Source: Elusimicrobiota bacterium (lineage in GTDB: Bacteria; Elusimicrobiota; Elusimicrobia; UBA1565; UBA9628). Taken from it: 64,000 nucleotides of DNA. The DNA is taken from the NCBI GenBank assembly GCA_016212795.1, contig JACRDT010000036.1:39273-103272 (forward strand), in the 5' to 3' direction. Below the pieces are notes generated by a model, which did no database searches, was not told the origin of the DNA, and saw only the letters and a program-made list of their open reading frames with translations. This document shows, in pieces, positions 1-9,933 of the stretch (the first letter of the stretch is position 1; every line of letters starts with the position of its first letter). Position numbers and translations under genes: made by a program.

Positions 1-449
1 CCTCGGTCGAATTGGCGGTGGTGTTCATGGAGGACACCGCGGCTCTGGCGGGGCTTGGTGTCGCTGTCGTCGCGCTGTCGGCCGCCTGGATGACGGGGAA
101 CCCGTCGTTCGACGCGGCGGGCTCCATCGCCGTGGGCGCCGTGCTCGTCGTCGTGGCCGTGCTGCTGGCCTTGAAGATCAAGTCCCTCCTCATCGGGCAG
201 GCGCCGTCGGAGGACTACCGCTCCGAGATCGACGCCCTGGTGGCCGCCGAGATCCCGGGGGGACGGGTCCTGCGGCTGGCCGCGATCATCACGGGGGTCG
301 ACGAGGTGATGATCGCCTACAAGGTCCATCCCGGCCAGCTCAAGGACGTGGCCGTCTTGATCGAGGCGTGCAACCGCGTCGAGGCCGCCGTGAAGGCCAG
401 GTTCCCCAAGGTGCGCTGGCAGTTCATCGAGCCGGACTTCGAAGCCTAG
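1..449 (+). CDS. Cation diffusion facilitator (CDF) family transporter, C-terminal part (5' truncated by window edge)
   Basis: EDTAALAG and D-AAGSIAVG transmembrane motifs of CDF helices 4-6, then a cytoplasmic dimerisation domain ending FIEPD. Confidence 0.8.
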   Translation, partial: SVELAVVFMEDTAALAGLGVAVVALSAAWMTGNPSFDAAGSIAVGAVLVVVAVLLALKIKSLLIGQAPSEDYRSEIDALVAAEIPGGRVLRLAAIITGVDEVMIAYKVHPGQLKDVAVLIEACNRVEAAVKARFPKVRWQFIEPDFEA

Positions 450-2260
450 GTTTCTCCCGCCCGGGGGTCGTAGAGCGGCAGGCTCACGGTGAACACGGTC
501 CCCTTGCCCGGCTCGCTGGTCAGGTCGATCGATCCTTGGTGGTTGCTCACGATCTCGTGGACGAGCGCCAGGCCCAGGCCCGTGCCGGCCCCGACCTTCT
601 TGGTGGTGAAGAAAGGCTCGAAGACCCGGCTGCGGATCTCCTCGGGGATGCCGACGCCCGTGTCCTGGACCGCGAGGTTGACGACCATCTGCCCGTTGAG
701 GACCGCCCGGCCGGTGCTCACCGTGAGTGTGCCGCCGTCGGGCATGGCGTCCATCGCGTTGGAGCACAGGTTGATGACGACCTGCTGGATGTTGGTCCTG
801 TCGCCCCAGACCTTCTCCGCCGGGCCCAGGTCCCGCGCCAGCGCCACCCCCCGCACGCGCGCCTGGGCCTCGACCATCCCCAGCGCCCCCTCCATGGCCT
901 CGTTGAGGTCGAACTCCTCCATCGCGGGACGGTCCTGGCGGGAGAAGGCCAGCAGGCTCTGCACCAGGGTCCGGCAGCGCAGCGCCTCCTCCTCGATGAC
1001 CTTCATCGGCGCGGCGACGGCTCCCGAGGGAGCGCCGCGGGCGATGGTCTGGGCCAGGCCCAGGATGGTGCCCAGGGGGTTGTTGATCTCATGGGCGACG
1101 CCGGCCGCGAGCTGGCCGACCGCCGAGAGCTTTTCGGATTGGCGCAGCTTGGCTTCGCTGTGCCGGAGGGCGTCGGCGTTGCGCTTGATCCACCTGATGT
1201 CTTTGACCGCCAGGACGACGCCCTTGATCCGGTCGTCCCTCGAGCGGATGGGCGCCGCGGACATGAGGGCGGGGACCTCCCGCCCTCTCTTGTCGAGGAG
1301 GTAGATCTCCGAGCCGCCGACCGCGGCGCCTTCCTTGACCCTCTCGAGCTTGCCGGCGAGCCGGGGGTCGTTGCTCGGGCCGAGGAGGTCGGAGGCGGGC
1401 TTGCCGGCCAGTTCGTCCTCGTTGAAGCCCAGCATGGCGAGGGCCGCGGGGTTGGCCGTTTGGATGCGGGCCTGCGCGTCCGTGACGAACACGGCGTCGG
1501 CCATGGCGTCCAGGATGTCCCTGAGGTGGTCCTTGGATACGGTCGTCTGGGCGAGCTCGCGGCTCATCTCGTTGAAGCTGCCGGCGAGGTCGCCCACCTC
1601 GTCGAACGCGCCGACCGGCACCGTGGTCCCGTACTCCCCGCGCCCCAGCTTCTCCACGCCCAGGGACAACTCGCGGATGGGAGCCAGGACGGAACGCATC
1701 AGCAGCAGGAGGGCGACCAGGCAGGCGCCCCCGGCGAGCGCGGCCGACCCCGACACCCTGGCCGCGATCCTCCGCTCCGTTTCCACGGTCTTCTCCAGGG
1801 AAAACCGCAGGAGGAGCGCGCCGGCCGGCTCGGTCCCCCCCGTCTTGGGCGAGACCGGGATGACGAGCTCCAGCACGGGGCGGCCGTCCATCGTCGTCTC
1901 CAGGGAGGAGGCCTGGCCCGAGCTCAGGGAGGCCAGCACGTGGGGGGCGCGGAGAGACTTCCCCTCCATGGCCTGGTCGGTATGGGCGATGATCCTGCCT
2001 TGCCGGTCCAGCGCCGCGGCCTGGAGCGCGTTGAAGCCGGTCAGGCACCCCTGCAGGTAGGTCCTCAGCACGCGGTCGTTGCCCGATAGGAGTCCGACCC
2101 TGAGGGAGTGGGAGACGCTGGCGACCTTGTCGCGGGCCGGGTTCTCCAGGTTCGAGCGCAGGACGGTGTGGACGACGCGGCGGGTCGAGACCCCGATGGC
2201 CCAGGCCAGGAAGGCCATGAGCACGACGAACGGCAGGACGATCCTGGCGTAGAGCTTCAT
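446..2260 (-). CDS. Sensor histidine kinase (TM-sensor-TM, HAMP, PAS, HisKA, HATPase_c)
   Basis: H-box AGVAHEINNPL, N-box NLCSNAMDAM, G1 DTGVGI, F-box FEPFFTTK, G2 GTGLGL; HAMP DEVGDLAGSFNEM. Confidence 0.95.
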   Translation of the reverse strand: MKLYARIVLPFVVLMAFLAWAIGVSTRRVVHTVLRSNLENPARDKVASVSHSLRVGLLSGNDRVLRTYLQGCLTGFNALQAAALDRQGRIIAHTDQAMEGKSLRAPHVLASLSSGQASSLETTMDGRPVLELVIPVSPKTGGTEPAGALLLRFSLEKTVETERRIAARVSGSAALAGGACLVALLLLMRSVLAPIRELSLGVEKLGRGEYGTTVPVGAFDEVGDLAGSFNEMSRELAQTTVSKDHLRDILDAMADAVFVTDAQARIQTANPAALAMLGFNEDELAGKPASDLLGPSNDPRLAGKLERVKEGAAVGGSEIYLLDKRGREVPALMSAAPIRSRDDRIKGVVLAVKDIRWIKRNADALRHSEAKLRQSEKLSAVGQLAAGVAHEINNPLGTILGLAQTIARGAPSGAVAAPMKVIEEEALRCRTLVQSLLAFSRQDRPAMEEFDLNEAMEGALGMVEAQARVRGVALARDLGPAEKVWGDRTNIQQVVINLCSNAMDAMPDGGTLTVSTGRAVLNGQMVVNLAVQDTGVGIPEEIRSRVFEPFFTTKKVGAGTGLGLALVHEIVSNHQGSIDLTSEPGKGTVFTVSLPLYDPRAGET

Positions 2261-2643
2261 GGCCCCGCGTCTTTGCGCAGGGACTTCACCAGGATGTCCA
2301 GGAGGTCCTCGATCTTGTACGGCTTGGTGATGTAGTTGAGGGCGCCGAGCTTCATGGACTTGAGCGCGGTCTGGGGGGTGGCGTACCCGGTGGCCATGAC
2401 CACCTTGAGCTCGGGCTGCAGGGCCTTGAGCTTCTCCAGGGTCTCGACCCCGTTCATGCCTGGCATCATGATGTCGCAGACGGCGGCGTCGAACTTGGAG
2501 GCCCCGGCCTGGTCGAGGGCTTCCTGTCCGCTGGCGACGGCCACGACCTCGTAGCCGTTGCTTTGGAGAGAGAACTGCAGCATGTAGCGCTGGTTCTTGT
2601 CGTCGTCGATGACGAGGACGCGCGGCGAGTTCGCCTGGCTCAT
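2257..2643 (-). CDS. Single-domain response regulator (receiver)
   Basis: LVIDDD, DIMMPGMNG phosphoacceptor, ATG, KPY; overlaps the kinase start by 4 nt. Confidence 0.95.
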   Translation of the reverse strand: MSQANSPRVLVIDDDKNQRYMLQFSLQSNGYEVVAVASGQEALDQAGASKFDAAVCDIMMPGMNGVETLEKLKALQPELKVVMATGYATPQTALKSMKLGALNYITKPYKIEDLLDILVKSLRKDAGP

Positions 2644-2745
2644 ATCAGACCCCCTGGGACCAATGTCCTGCGACGACGGCGGCGGCCCGGCCCACTTTTA
2701 AGTATAGCCCCCGCCGCCGGAAGTGTCAATGAGGGCGGTCCGGCA

Positions 2746-2754
2746 TGGTATGAT
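2746..2754 (+). promoter_or_regulatory. Extended -10 promoter element (TGgTATGAT) for the amidohydrolase gene
   Basis: Sequence match; ATG 9 nt downstream with no SD. Confidence 0.5.
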
Positions 2755-2763
2755 ACCAGGGCG

Positions 2764-3714
2764 ATGACCGACGTCCACGTCCATCTGGCGGCCCTGCCCA
2801 CCCCCGGCAACGGCTGCCTGGTGTCCCGAAAGATGCGCGAAGGGCCGCTGGGCAGGCTCATCTGCCGGATGCAGGGCCTCTCGCCCTCGGACCCCGAGGG
2901 CTCCAACCGCCGCTACGTGGAGAACCTCTTGGCCGAGTTGGCCGCGTCCAGGCACGTCGACAAGGCGGTGCTCCTCGGGATGGACGGCGTTTACGGCGCG
3001 GACGGCAGGCTCGACGAAGGCGCCACCGAGTTCCTGATCTCGAACGACTGCGTCTTCGACGCCTGCGCGGGCCGGGAGCGCCTGCTGCCCGGGCCGTCGA
3101 TCAACCCGGCGCGCAGGGACGCGGTCGACGAGTTGGAGCGTTGCGCGGCCAAGGGGGCCGTCCTGGTCAAGGTGCTTCCCAACGCGCAGGGCTTCGACCC
3201 GGCGGAGCCGCGCTTCCGGCCGTTCTACAAGGCGCTGGCCAGGCTGGGAATCCCCCTCCTGGGCCACGTGGGTCACGAGTTCAGCCTGGTGGGCCGCGAC
3301 CAGTCGGTCGGCGACCTCGGCAGGCTCGTCGCGGCCCTGGAGGAGGGCGTGACGGTCATCGCGGCGCACGGCTGCAGCAGCGGCCTCGTCGTCGTCGAGC
3401 GGCATCTCCCCCTGATGCTCGACCTGGTCCGGCGGTTCGAGGACTTCTTCGTGGACACCTCGGCCCTCACCCTGCCCAACCGCGTGGGCGCCTTGTTCCG
3501 CCTGGCCCGGCATCCCGAGGTCTTCGAGCGCCTGCTGTTCGGGACGGACTATCCCCTCCACGTCTTCGCCTACCCGTGCCTCGGGGCGCTCGCCGCGAAG
3601 GGCTACGTCCGGGCCCTGACCGCCGCGACCCGGTTCGACCGCCAGTTCGAGGTCCTGGCCGCCGTCGGCGTGAGGCTCACGACGGACTTCGAGAGCTTGC
3701 GGCGGCCGCGGTAG
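2764..3714 (+). CDS. Amidohydrolase_2 family metallohydrolase
   Basis: N-terminal DVHVH metal motif, GHVGHE, IAAHG, LLFGTDYP; start placed at ATG 2764 inside the longer ORF. Confidence 0.85.
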   Translation: MTDVHVHLAALPTPGNGCLVSRKMREGPLGRLICRMQGLSPSDPEGSNRRYVENLLAELAASRHVDKAVLLGMDGVYGADGRLDEGATEFLISNDCVFDACAGRERLLPGPSINPARRDAVDELERCAAKGAVLVKVLPNAQGFDPAEPRFRPFYKALARLGIPLLGHVGHEFSLVGRDQSVGDLGRLVAALEEGVTVIAAHGCSSGLVVVERHLPLMLDLVRRFEDFFVDTSALTLPNRVGALFRLARHPEVFERLLFGTDYPLHVFAYPCLGALAAKGYVRALTAATRFDRQFEVLAAVGVRLTTDFESLRRPR

Positions 3715-3722
3715 CGGCCAGG

Positions 3723-5429
3723 ATGACCACTCCTTTCCGGTTCTACTCGGCCCGGCTGCTGGATTGGCTCAAGAGGGCGCCCCGGGACCTGCGCGCGAGC
3801 GCCGGCCTCTTCTTGGGCCTCAGCGTCATCGTGGTCATCCTGTGGATGGTCGGCTTCAGCTGCGAACGCGGGGCCGTCCGCCACAGGGGCAAGGCGTTCC
3901 GCTCGGGCTCGCCGGCTGCCGCGGGGGCCGGGTCGACGGCGAAGCCGGCCGGCGCCGACGACGGCGGGCCGCAGGACGGGGGACCGGCTGGCCGCGCCGA
4001 TTCGACGAGCTTCGCCCGAGCCGGCCCGGAGGACAAGGCCGGGCTGGATGCCTCGGCGGGCCGGAGGCCGGAGCCCGGGAGGGCTTCCGATTCGGCCGCC
4101 GGCCAGGGCGTGGCGCCGGCCAAGGCGGAGGAAGGCGCGCCGCCGAGCCCGGAGGCCGACGGAGCGCTTGGGTCGGCGGGGGGCACGGTCTTGCCTGAGG
4201 CGCTTGGGACGGCGGGGTTCGCGGGCGGTTTCGCCCCGCCTCCCGGGGGCGCAGACCCCGGCGGGCGGGGCGCCGGCGGCTTGCCGCCGCGCTCCGGCGC
4301 CTCCGGCCGGGGCAAGAACCGCGCGCTCGCCGGCGTCGGCTGGCGCGGCTCCCCGGCCGCCACGGTCTCGTCGACCGAGACGGCTCGCCGCTCGGCCGAA
4401 GAGGCCGCCGCCGCCCAGAAGGGATACTGCCGCCTCGAAGCGGCGAAGCTGGCCGCCTTGACCGGGAAGGCCAAGGCCATCAGGGCTTCGCTGCGCGACC
4501 TGGTCGAGTCGGACTACGTTCCCAAAGCGGTGCTCGTGGCGCACGAGAGGAACATCAAGCAGGTCGACCTCGGCAAGGAGCGCATGACCGCTCCCAGGAA
4601 GAAGCTGTCGAGCCTCTACGAGACGGTGTATTCGAACTTCGACTATTTCGGGGGCCACAGGACCGAGACGAAGGACCGCGTCTACTGGGACCACTATTGG
4701 TTCCTCTGGACGCTCTACGACGACCAGGTGCTCTTGGAAAGCGCGGTGGACGAGGCGACGGCCGCGTCCGAGTGCTTGAAGACCATGAAGTCGAGCTACG
4801 AGGCGCTGCCTCAGCCGGAGGACCTGGCCGCGATCGACGAGTGCCATGACATCGCCTCCAGGGCGATCCTCCACGACTACGACTTCTACCTTTCGGCCCA
4901 TTCGATCAAGAGCCGCCATGACCAAAGGATGCAGGAAGAGATCCCCGAGATGCTGGAGACCCTGAGACAGCCGGATGTGCCGGCCTCGCGGATGAGCTAT
5001 ACCCAGGAGACCCTCGGCCGGATGACCAGGCAGAACAAGGGAGTGGCTGAGCTCTACGGCGTCTGCCCCTGCCAAGCGGTGTTCGGGCAGGACAAGCTCG
5101 TCGCCTCGGCGATCGACGCGGGTCTCCGGCCGCTTTGCCCCAAGCTCAGGAAGTCGCTCACCGAGGTTCGGGCCCTGGACCTGCCGGTGCGTGAACGCAT
5201 CAAGCTCGATGCCGACGCCGGGGAGGCCTTGTCGATGCTGGTCTTGGTCGAGAACTATTGGAACCGGCCCCCCGATGGCGGGCAGGATTCCAAGCGCAGG
5301 GTGGGCATGTCGTTCCCGATGGGCAGTCAGCAGCAGTTCGTCCTGCTCTACCACCTCTCCAGGGTGATCCGGCGGCTCGATCTCATCGAGGAAGCGGCCG
5401 GCGCGTGCGGCGCGACGGGCGGCCGTTGA
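3723..5429 (+). CDS. Hypothetical membrane-anchored protein (N-terminal TM, Gly/Ala/Pro linker, helical Cys-containing C-terminal domain)
   Basis: ATG at 3723; hydrophobic GLFLGLSVIVVILWMVGF; low-complexity linker, then a globular-looking C-terminal half. Confidence 0.65.
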   Translation: MTTPFRFYSARLLDWLKRAPRDLRASAGLFLGLSVIVVILWMVGFSCERGAVRHRGKAFRSGSPAAAGAGSTAKPAGADDGGPQDGGPAGRADSTSFARAGPEDKAGLDASAGRRPEPGRASDSAAGQGVAPAKAEEGAPPSPEADGALGSAGGTVLPEALGTAGFAGGFAPPPGGADPGGRGAGGLPPRSGASGRGKNRALAGVGWRGSPAATVSSTETARRSAEEAAAAQKGYCRLEAAKLAALTGKAKAIRASLRDLVESDYVPKAVLVAHERNIKQVDLGKERMTAPRKKLSSLYETVYSNFDYFGGHRTETKDRVYWDHYWFLWTLYDDQVLLESAVDEATAASECLKTMKSSYEALPQPEDLAAIDECHDIASRAILHDYDFYLSAHSIKSRHDQRMQEEIPEMLETLRQPDVPASRMSYTQETLGRMTRQNKGVAELYGVCPCQAVFGQDKLVASAIDAGLRPLCPKLRKSLTEVRALDLPVRERIKLDADAGEALSMLVLVENYWNRPPDGGQDSKRRVGMSFPMGSQQQFVLLYHLSRVIRRLDLIEEAAGACGATGGR

Positions 5430-5474
5430 CCCGCCATCGACGCTCGGCGCCAGGAAGTGATATGCTACGTTCCG

Positions 5475-7586
5475 ATGCGCGCGGCCGAGCCTTGGCTGGT
5501 CTTCCTGGCGTTCCTGGTCCTCGACGTCGTCGGCATGGCCCCGAGCGTCACGTTCGGGGATTCGGGAGAGCTGGCCGCGGCCGCCGCGACCCTCTCGGTC
5601 GCCCATGCGCCGGGCTACCCCCTGCAGGCGCTCCTGGGCAAGGCCTTCGGCACCGTCTTCGCTCTCGGGAACTGGGCCTATAGGACGAACCTCCTCACCG
5701 CGGTCCTGGCAGCGGCGGCTCTGGCCGTGCTGTCGAGCGGCCTGGGGCGGGCCGGGTTCTCGGGCCTGGCCAGGCTCGGCGCGGTGGCGTTCGTGGGCTG
5801 CTCCGGCCTTTGGCGGCATGAGTCGGCCGTGACCGAGGTGTTCGGGCTCCACCTCCTGTCGTTGGCGTGCGTCGTGTGGACCGTGGCGTCGTTCGCCGGC
5901 GCGCTCTGGCGGCCGAGGCCCATGGCGGCGCTCGGGCTCGGCATGGGGCTGGGCCTCGCCAACCACCATACCCTGGTCCTGGCCGCGCCGGCCGTCCTGT
6001 GGCAGGCCCTGGCCGAGCGGGTCACGGCGAGGAAGGCCTGGCTGGGCGTCGGCGTCGCGGCGGCGTTCGTGGGCCTGGGGCTCGCCTGCTACGCCTATCT
6101 CCCGGTCCGGTCGACCGCGGGCCCGCCGCTCGACTGGGGACATCCCACGAACCTCGGGCGTTTCATGAGGGTGTTACTAAGGAAAGACTACGGCTCCTTT
6201 TCCCTGACCGTCGAGGGGCAGGGCGAGGTGGCCCGCTGGTCGCAGGCCTGGCGTTATCTGAAGTTCACGTTTACGGGATTCGGGCCCGCCGCCTCGGCGC
6301 TCGCGGTCCTGGGGTTCGCGGCGTGGTCGAGGCTGCAGTTGAGGCTCCATTGGGGGTTCGCCGCGCTGCTCGCGCTGACCACGGGGCCGTTCTTCCTCGC
6401 GCTGGGCAATCCCCCTTTCGACCCTCAGACGGACTACGCCTTGGAGCGGTTCTACCTCGCCTCCTGGATGGGGCTGGCGCTCCCGGTCGCGGCGGGGCTG
6501 GAGTACCTCCGGTCGTCTTGGGCCTGGGCGGGCCGGGCGCTCGTGCTCGTCCCGCTGATCTCGGCGGCGTGTTGTTGGTCCGAGTGGTTCGTCCGGTGGG
6601 ACCTCGCTTCCTACGACTACGGCCGGAACATGCTCAGGACCCTTCCGCGCGGCGCGAGCCTCTTCATGGACGGCGGGGATGACACTTTCTACTCGCTGGC
6701 TTTCCTCACCTACGGCCAAGGGCTCAGGCCCGACCTGGACCTGCATGACCGCGGGGGGGTCGTCTTCAAGAGCGCTTACGGGCCGGACTTCCGGGGGTTG
6801 CCTCGCGAGCTCAAGGAGCAGCGCCGTCTGCAGGCCGAATCGGCGCTCGCGTCCGCCGGGGCCCTCTTCTACAGCACGGTCAACGACTGGCTGCTGCCCG
6901 GGTTCTCCCTGGCGCCGGTCGGCGTGCTGCGCCGGCCGGTGAGGGAAGGCTCGTCGGAGCAGATGGGGACGGACGCCTGGGAGTTCTACTGCGTGAGGTA
7001 CGCGGCCCCTCTCCTGGCGCGCCATTACCGGCACCGGGCGCTGGTCGCGTTTTACCCGGTCATGAGGGCCGCCTTCCTCGGGAAGGCCGGCAGGACGCGT
7101 GAAGCCTTGCTGGAGCTGAGGAGGGCTCTGGACTTGGGGCCGGACGTGCTCTGGCTCAAGCCCGCCGTGACCCGGGCCCTGGAGTGGCAGGGCTTCTCCG
7201 CCTTCGGGAGCCGCGACTGGGACCTCGCCGAGGAAGTCTACGCCCTGGCGGCCCGACTCGACCCGGGACAGCCGGACCTCCTGTTGAATCTCGGCGCCGT
7301 GTATGAGAAGCAGGGCAAGTCCCGGGAGGCCGAGGACGCCTTGTTGCGCTGCGTCGACAAGGCCCCTCGCTCGGTCCAGGCTTGGCGCAACCTGGGGACG
7401 GTCTATTGGACGGCGTCGAGGTGGAAGGAGTCGGCCGAGGCCTTCGGGAAGGCGTTGGAGCTCAAGCCCGGCGACCCGGAGCTCATGGGCTTCGAGGCCC
7501 GGTCACGGGCGCGGGCGTCCTCTTCCCGCCCGGCGCCGCAGGGCGCAAGGGTCGCCCGGAGGCGCCCGGGAAGGGCGGACCTATGA
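5475..7586 (+). CDS. DUF2723 (TMEM260-like, GT-C fold) glycosyltransferase with C-terminal TPR repeats
   Basis: SVTFGDSGEL, AHAPGYPL, GLGLANH, LDWGHP motifs; many TM helices; TPRs LLNLGAVYEKQG and WRNLGTVY. Confidence 0.85.
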   Translation: MRAAEPWLVFLAFLVLDVVGMAPSVTFGDSGELAAAAATLSVAHAPGYPLQALLGKAFGTVFALGNWAYRTNLLTAVLAAAALAVLSSGLGRAGFSGLARLGAVAFVGCSGLWRHESAVTEVFGLHLLSLACVVWTVASFAGALWRPRPMAALGLGMGLGLANHHTLVLAAPAVLWQALAERVTARKAWLGVGVAAAFVGLGLACYAYLPVRSTAGPPLDWGHPTNLGRFMRVLLRKDYGSFSLTVEGQGEVARWSQAWRYLKFTFTGFGPAASALAVLGFAAWSRLQLRLHWGFAALLALTTGPFFLALGNPPFDPQTDYALERFYLASWMGLALPVAAGLEYLRSSWAWAGRALVLVPLISAACCWSEWFVRWDLASYDYGRNMLRTLPRGASLFMDGGDDTFYSLAFLTYGQGLRPDLDLHDRGGVVFKSAYGPDFRGLPRELKEQRRLQAESALASAGALFYSTVNDWLLPGFSLAPVGVLRRPVREGSSEQMGTDAWEFYCVRYAAPLLARHYRHRALVAFYPVMRAAFLGKAGRTREALLELRRALDLGPDVLWLKPAVTRALEWQGFSAFGSRDWDLAEEVYALAARLDPGQPDLLLNLGAVYEKQGKSREAEDALLRCVDKAPRSVQAWRNLGTVYWTASRWKESAEAFGKALELKPGDPELMGFEARSRARASSSRPAPQGARVARRRPGRADL

Positions 7587-7640
7587 GGGGCGCGGTCGAG
7601 GCCGGAGGCCGAGCGTCCCGCGCGGAGCCCGCTTGGGGGG
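7570..7640 (+). repeat. Dispersed intragenic element, copy 1
   Basis: 30-nt core 7591-7620 is identical to 48976-49005. Confidence 0.8.
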
Positions 7641-9922
7641 CTCCGCGCCCCTTGGGAGAGGAGTCGGCCGGCCGGGGCGGGTTCCTGGTCTTCGCCGCGT
7701 TCTTCGGGCTCTATCTTTGGACCATGCCCCCGGCGTTGCCCCCCTACCGCGACGCCGGGGAGATGACGACGAGCGCCGCGACCCTGGGGATCTCCCATCC
7801 GACTGGATATCCCCTCTATATCCTGCTCGGGCGGGCCAGCCAGGCGCTGCCCGCCGGCAACAAGGCCTACCGCACGAACCTGCTCTCCGTCATCGCCGGA
7901 GCGGGGGCGCTGGGCCTGCTCTATGGGCTGGCCGCGGGGCGCTGGGGCGCTCTCGCGGGGTTGGGCGGCGCGGCCGCGCTGGGGTTCAGCCCGGTCTTCT
8001 GGTCGGTCTGCCTCGTCACGGAGATGTACAGCCTGTGGGTGCTGGGCGCCGTGGCGCTCGTCGCGCTGGCCTGGCGGCTGAGGGACCGGCATGACCGGAG
8101 GCTCTGGCTCGGGTTCTGCTGGCTCTACGGCTTGGCCCTGACCAACCGGATGGACCTCGTGCTCCTGGCGCCCGGGCTCCTGTGGCTGGCCTTGGGCTCC
8201 TCCGGCGATGACCGGCCGAGGGAAGACGGGTTGTGGGCCATGCTGGCCCTGGCGTGCTTTCCGGCCGTGATCGCGGCCACGGACTCGAAGGCGCCGGTGG
8301 CCCTGCTCATCGTGGGGACCGCGCTCTGGCGCGCCCCCAAGGCGGGCAGAGGAAGATGGGTCGCCGCGAGCCTGGCCTTCGCTCTCCTCGGGCTCGGGTT
8401 GAACGCGTACCTGCCGGTCCGCTCCGCCGGGCACCCATGGCTCGACTGGAACCACCCCGCGAAGCTCTCCAACCTCGCGGATACCCTCCTGCGCAGCAGG
8501 TATGGAGGGACCTTGGACCTGCTCTCGAAGTCCTACGCCAAGGGAGAACTCCTTCTCCCCAACATGGTCGTGTACGGGCGCCATCTCTGGGAGAGCTTCG
8601 GCCTGGCGGGCCTGCTGCTGGCGGTCTTCGGGGGCTTGCGGCTGGCCTTCTCGGACAGGGGCGCTTTCCTGGGCCTGGCGGCGGCCTATTGGTGGTGCGG
8701 CCCGTTCTTCCTGTTCCTGGCGAACATGCCCCCCAACCCGCACGCCTTGGCCATCGTCGAACCCCACTACCTCCTGTCGGACCTGGTGCTGGCCTTGTGG
8801 CTGGCCTGCGGCATAGGGGAGTTGCGGCGCCTGCGCCAGGCCCTGGCGTGCGCTGCCGTCGCCGCGCTGCTGCTGGTCCCGTTCTTCAAGGGCAGGTTCG
8901 CCGCGATGGACCGGCGGGCGCACTTCTTCTCCTACGACTACGCCAAGAACGTCCTGAAGTCCGTGCCGCCGGGCGCGGTCCTGGTCTCCAAGAAGGACGT
9001 CCAGCTCTATACCCTGTGGCACTACCAGACCGTGCAGGGCTGGCGCCCCGACGTGAGGCTGGTCGCCCAGGGCCTGGCCGGCGCGCCGTGGTACCAGAGC
9101 GACTGGCGCCGGCGGGACGCCGGCCTTTGGCTCGGGCCTTTGAGGGATTCCTCCCAGTGGAGGATGTTCGTGGGCGCCAACCCCGCGGCGTTCGCCACCC
9201 CGGACGCCGAAGTCCCACCGGAGGTCACGCCGAGGAGGCAGAACGGGCTCGTCACGGCCCTGGGCGGCGCCAGCGCCGGGGTCGCGCCTGAGCGCGGCGA
9301 GTCCTGGAAGCTCTTCGCCCTCAGGGGCGATTACCGCTACGAGACCCAGCCCGATTTCTTCACCTCGGACATCATCGGCGACTGCTCGCGGGCGCTGTTC
9401 TTCGCGGGCGGGGACGCCTCGAAGGAAGGGGCGGCCGACGCCGCTTCGGCCATGCTGCTGCGCGCCTGGGGCATGCATTGGCTGTTCCCCGAGGCCTCCA
9501 CCCTGCTGGGCTACCTGGAGTTCGCGCGCAACGACTACGGCCTCGCCAAGGAGTATTACGGCCTCTCGGTTTCCCTCTACGGCGTCATGCTGGAGCTGGC
9601 GAGGGAGTACCGCGCTTTGCCGGGACTCCTGGCGGAGATCGCCTCGGGCGCCGCGGAGTCGACCATGCACCTGGGCGTCATCGCCGAGCGGACCGGCGAC
9701 CGGGCCGCGGCGGAGCGGCACTACCTCGATTCCCTGGAACTGCGCCCCCTCGCGCAGACCCGCTTCAATATGGCCGTCCTGTACTGGAACCGGGACAGGG
9801 GACGCGCCGAGCGCGAGCTCTCGGAGGCCCTTCGGCTCGACCCTTCGCACGCGGAGGCCGCGAGGTACCTCGCCATCCTGCGCTCCCGCCTTCCCCCGGG
9901 GCGGCCGGAAGGTCCTCGCTGA
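7583..9922 (+). CDS. Second DUF2723 (TMEM260-like) glycosyltransferase with C-terminal TPRs
   Basis: YRDAGEM, ISHPTGYPLY, TEMYSL, LDWNHP; TPR C-terminus; ATGA-type overlap with the previous gene. Confidence 0.85.
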   Translation: MRGAVEAGGRASRAEPAWGAPRPLGEESAGRGGFLVFAAFFGLYLWTMPPALPPYRDAGEMTTSAATLGISHPTGYPLYILLGRASQALPAGNKAYRTNLLSVIAGAGALGLLYGLAAGRWGALAGLGGAAALGFSPVFWSVCLVTEMYSLWVLGAVALVALAWRLRDRHDRRLWLGFCWLYGLALTNRMDLVLLAPGLLWLALGSSGDDRPREDGLWAMLALACFPAVIAATDSKAPVALLIVGTALWRAPKAGRGRWVAASLAFALLGLGLNAYLPVRSAGHPWLDWNHPAKLSNLADTLLRSRYGGTLDLLSKSYAKGELLLPNMVVYGRHLWESFGLAGLLLAVFGGLRLAFSDRGAFLGLAAAYWWCGPFFLFLANMPPNPHALAIVEPHYLLSDLVLALWLACGIGELRRLRQALACAAVAALLLVPFFKGRFAAMDRRAHFFSYDYAKNVLKSVPPGAVLVSKKDVQLYTLWHYQTVQGWRPDVRLVAQGLAGAPWYQSDWRRRDAGLWLGPLRDSSQWRMFVGANPAAFATPDAEVPPEVTPRRQNGLVTALGGASAGVAPERGESWKLFALRGDYRYETQPDFFTSDIIGDCSRALFFAGGDASKEGAADAASAMLLRAWGMHWLFPEASTLLGYLEFARNDYGLAKEYYGLSVSLYGVMLELAREYRALPGLLAEIASGAAESTMHLGVIAERTGDRAAAERHYLDSLELRPLAQTRFNMAVLYWNRDRGRAERELSEALRLDPSHAEAARYLAILRSRLPPGRPEGPR

Positions 9923-9933
9923 GGGGCGGCGCG

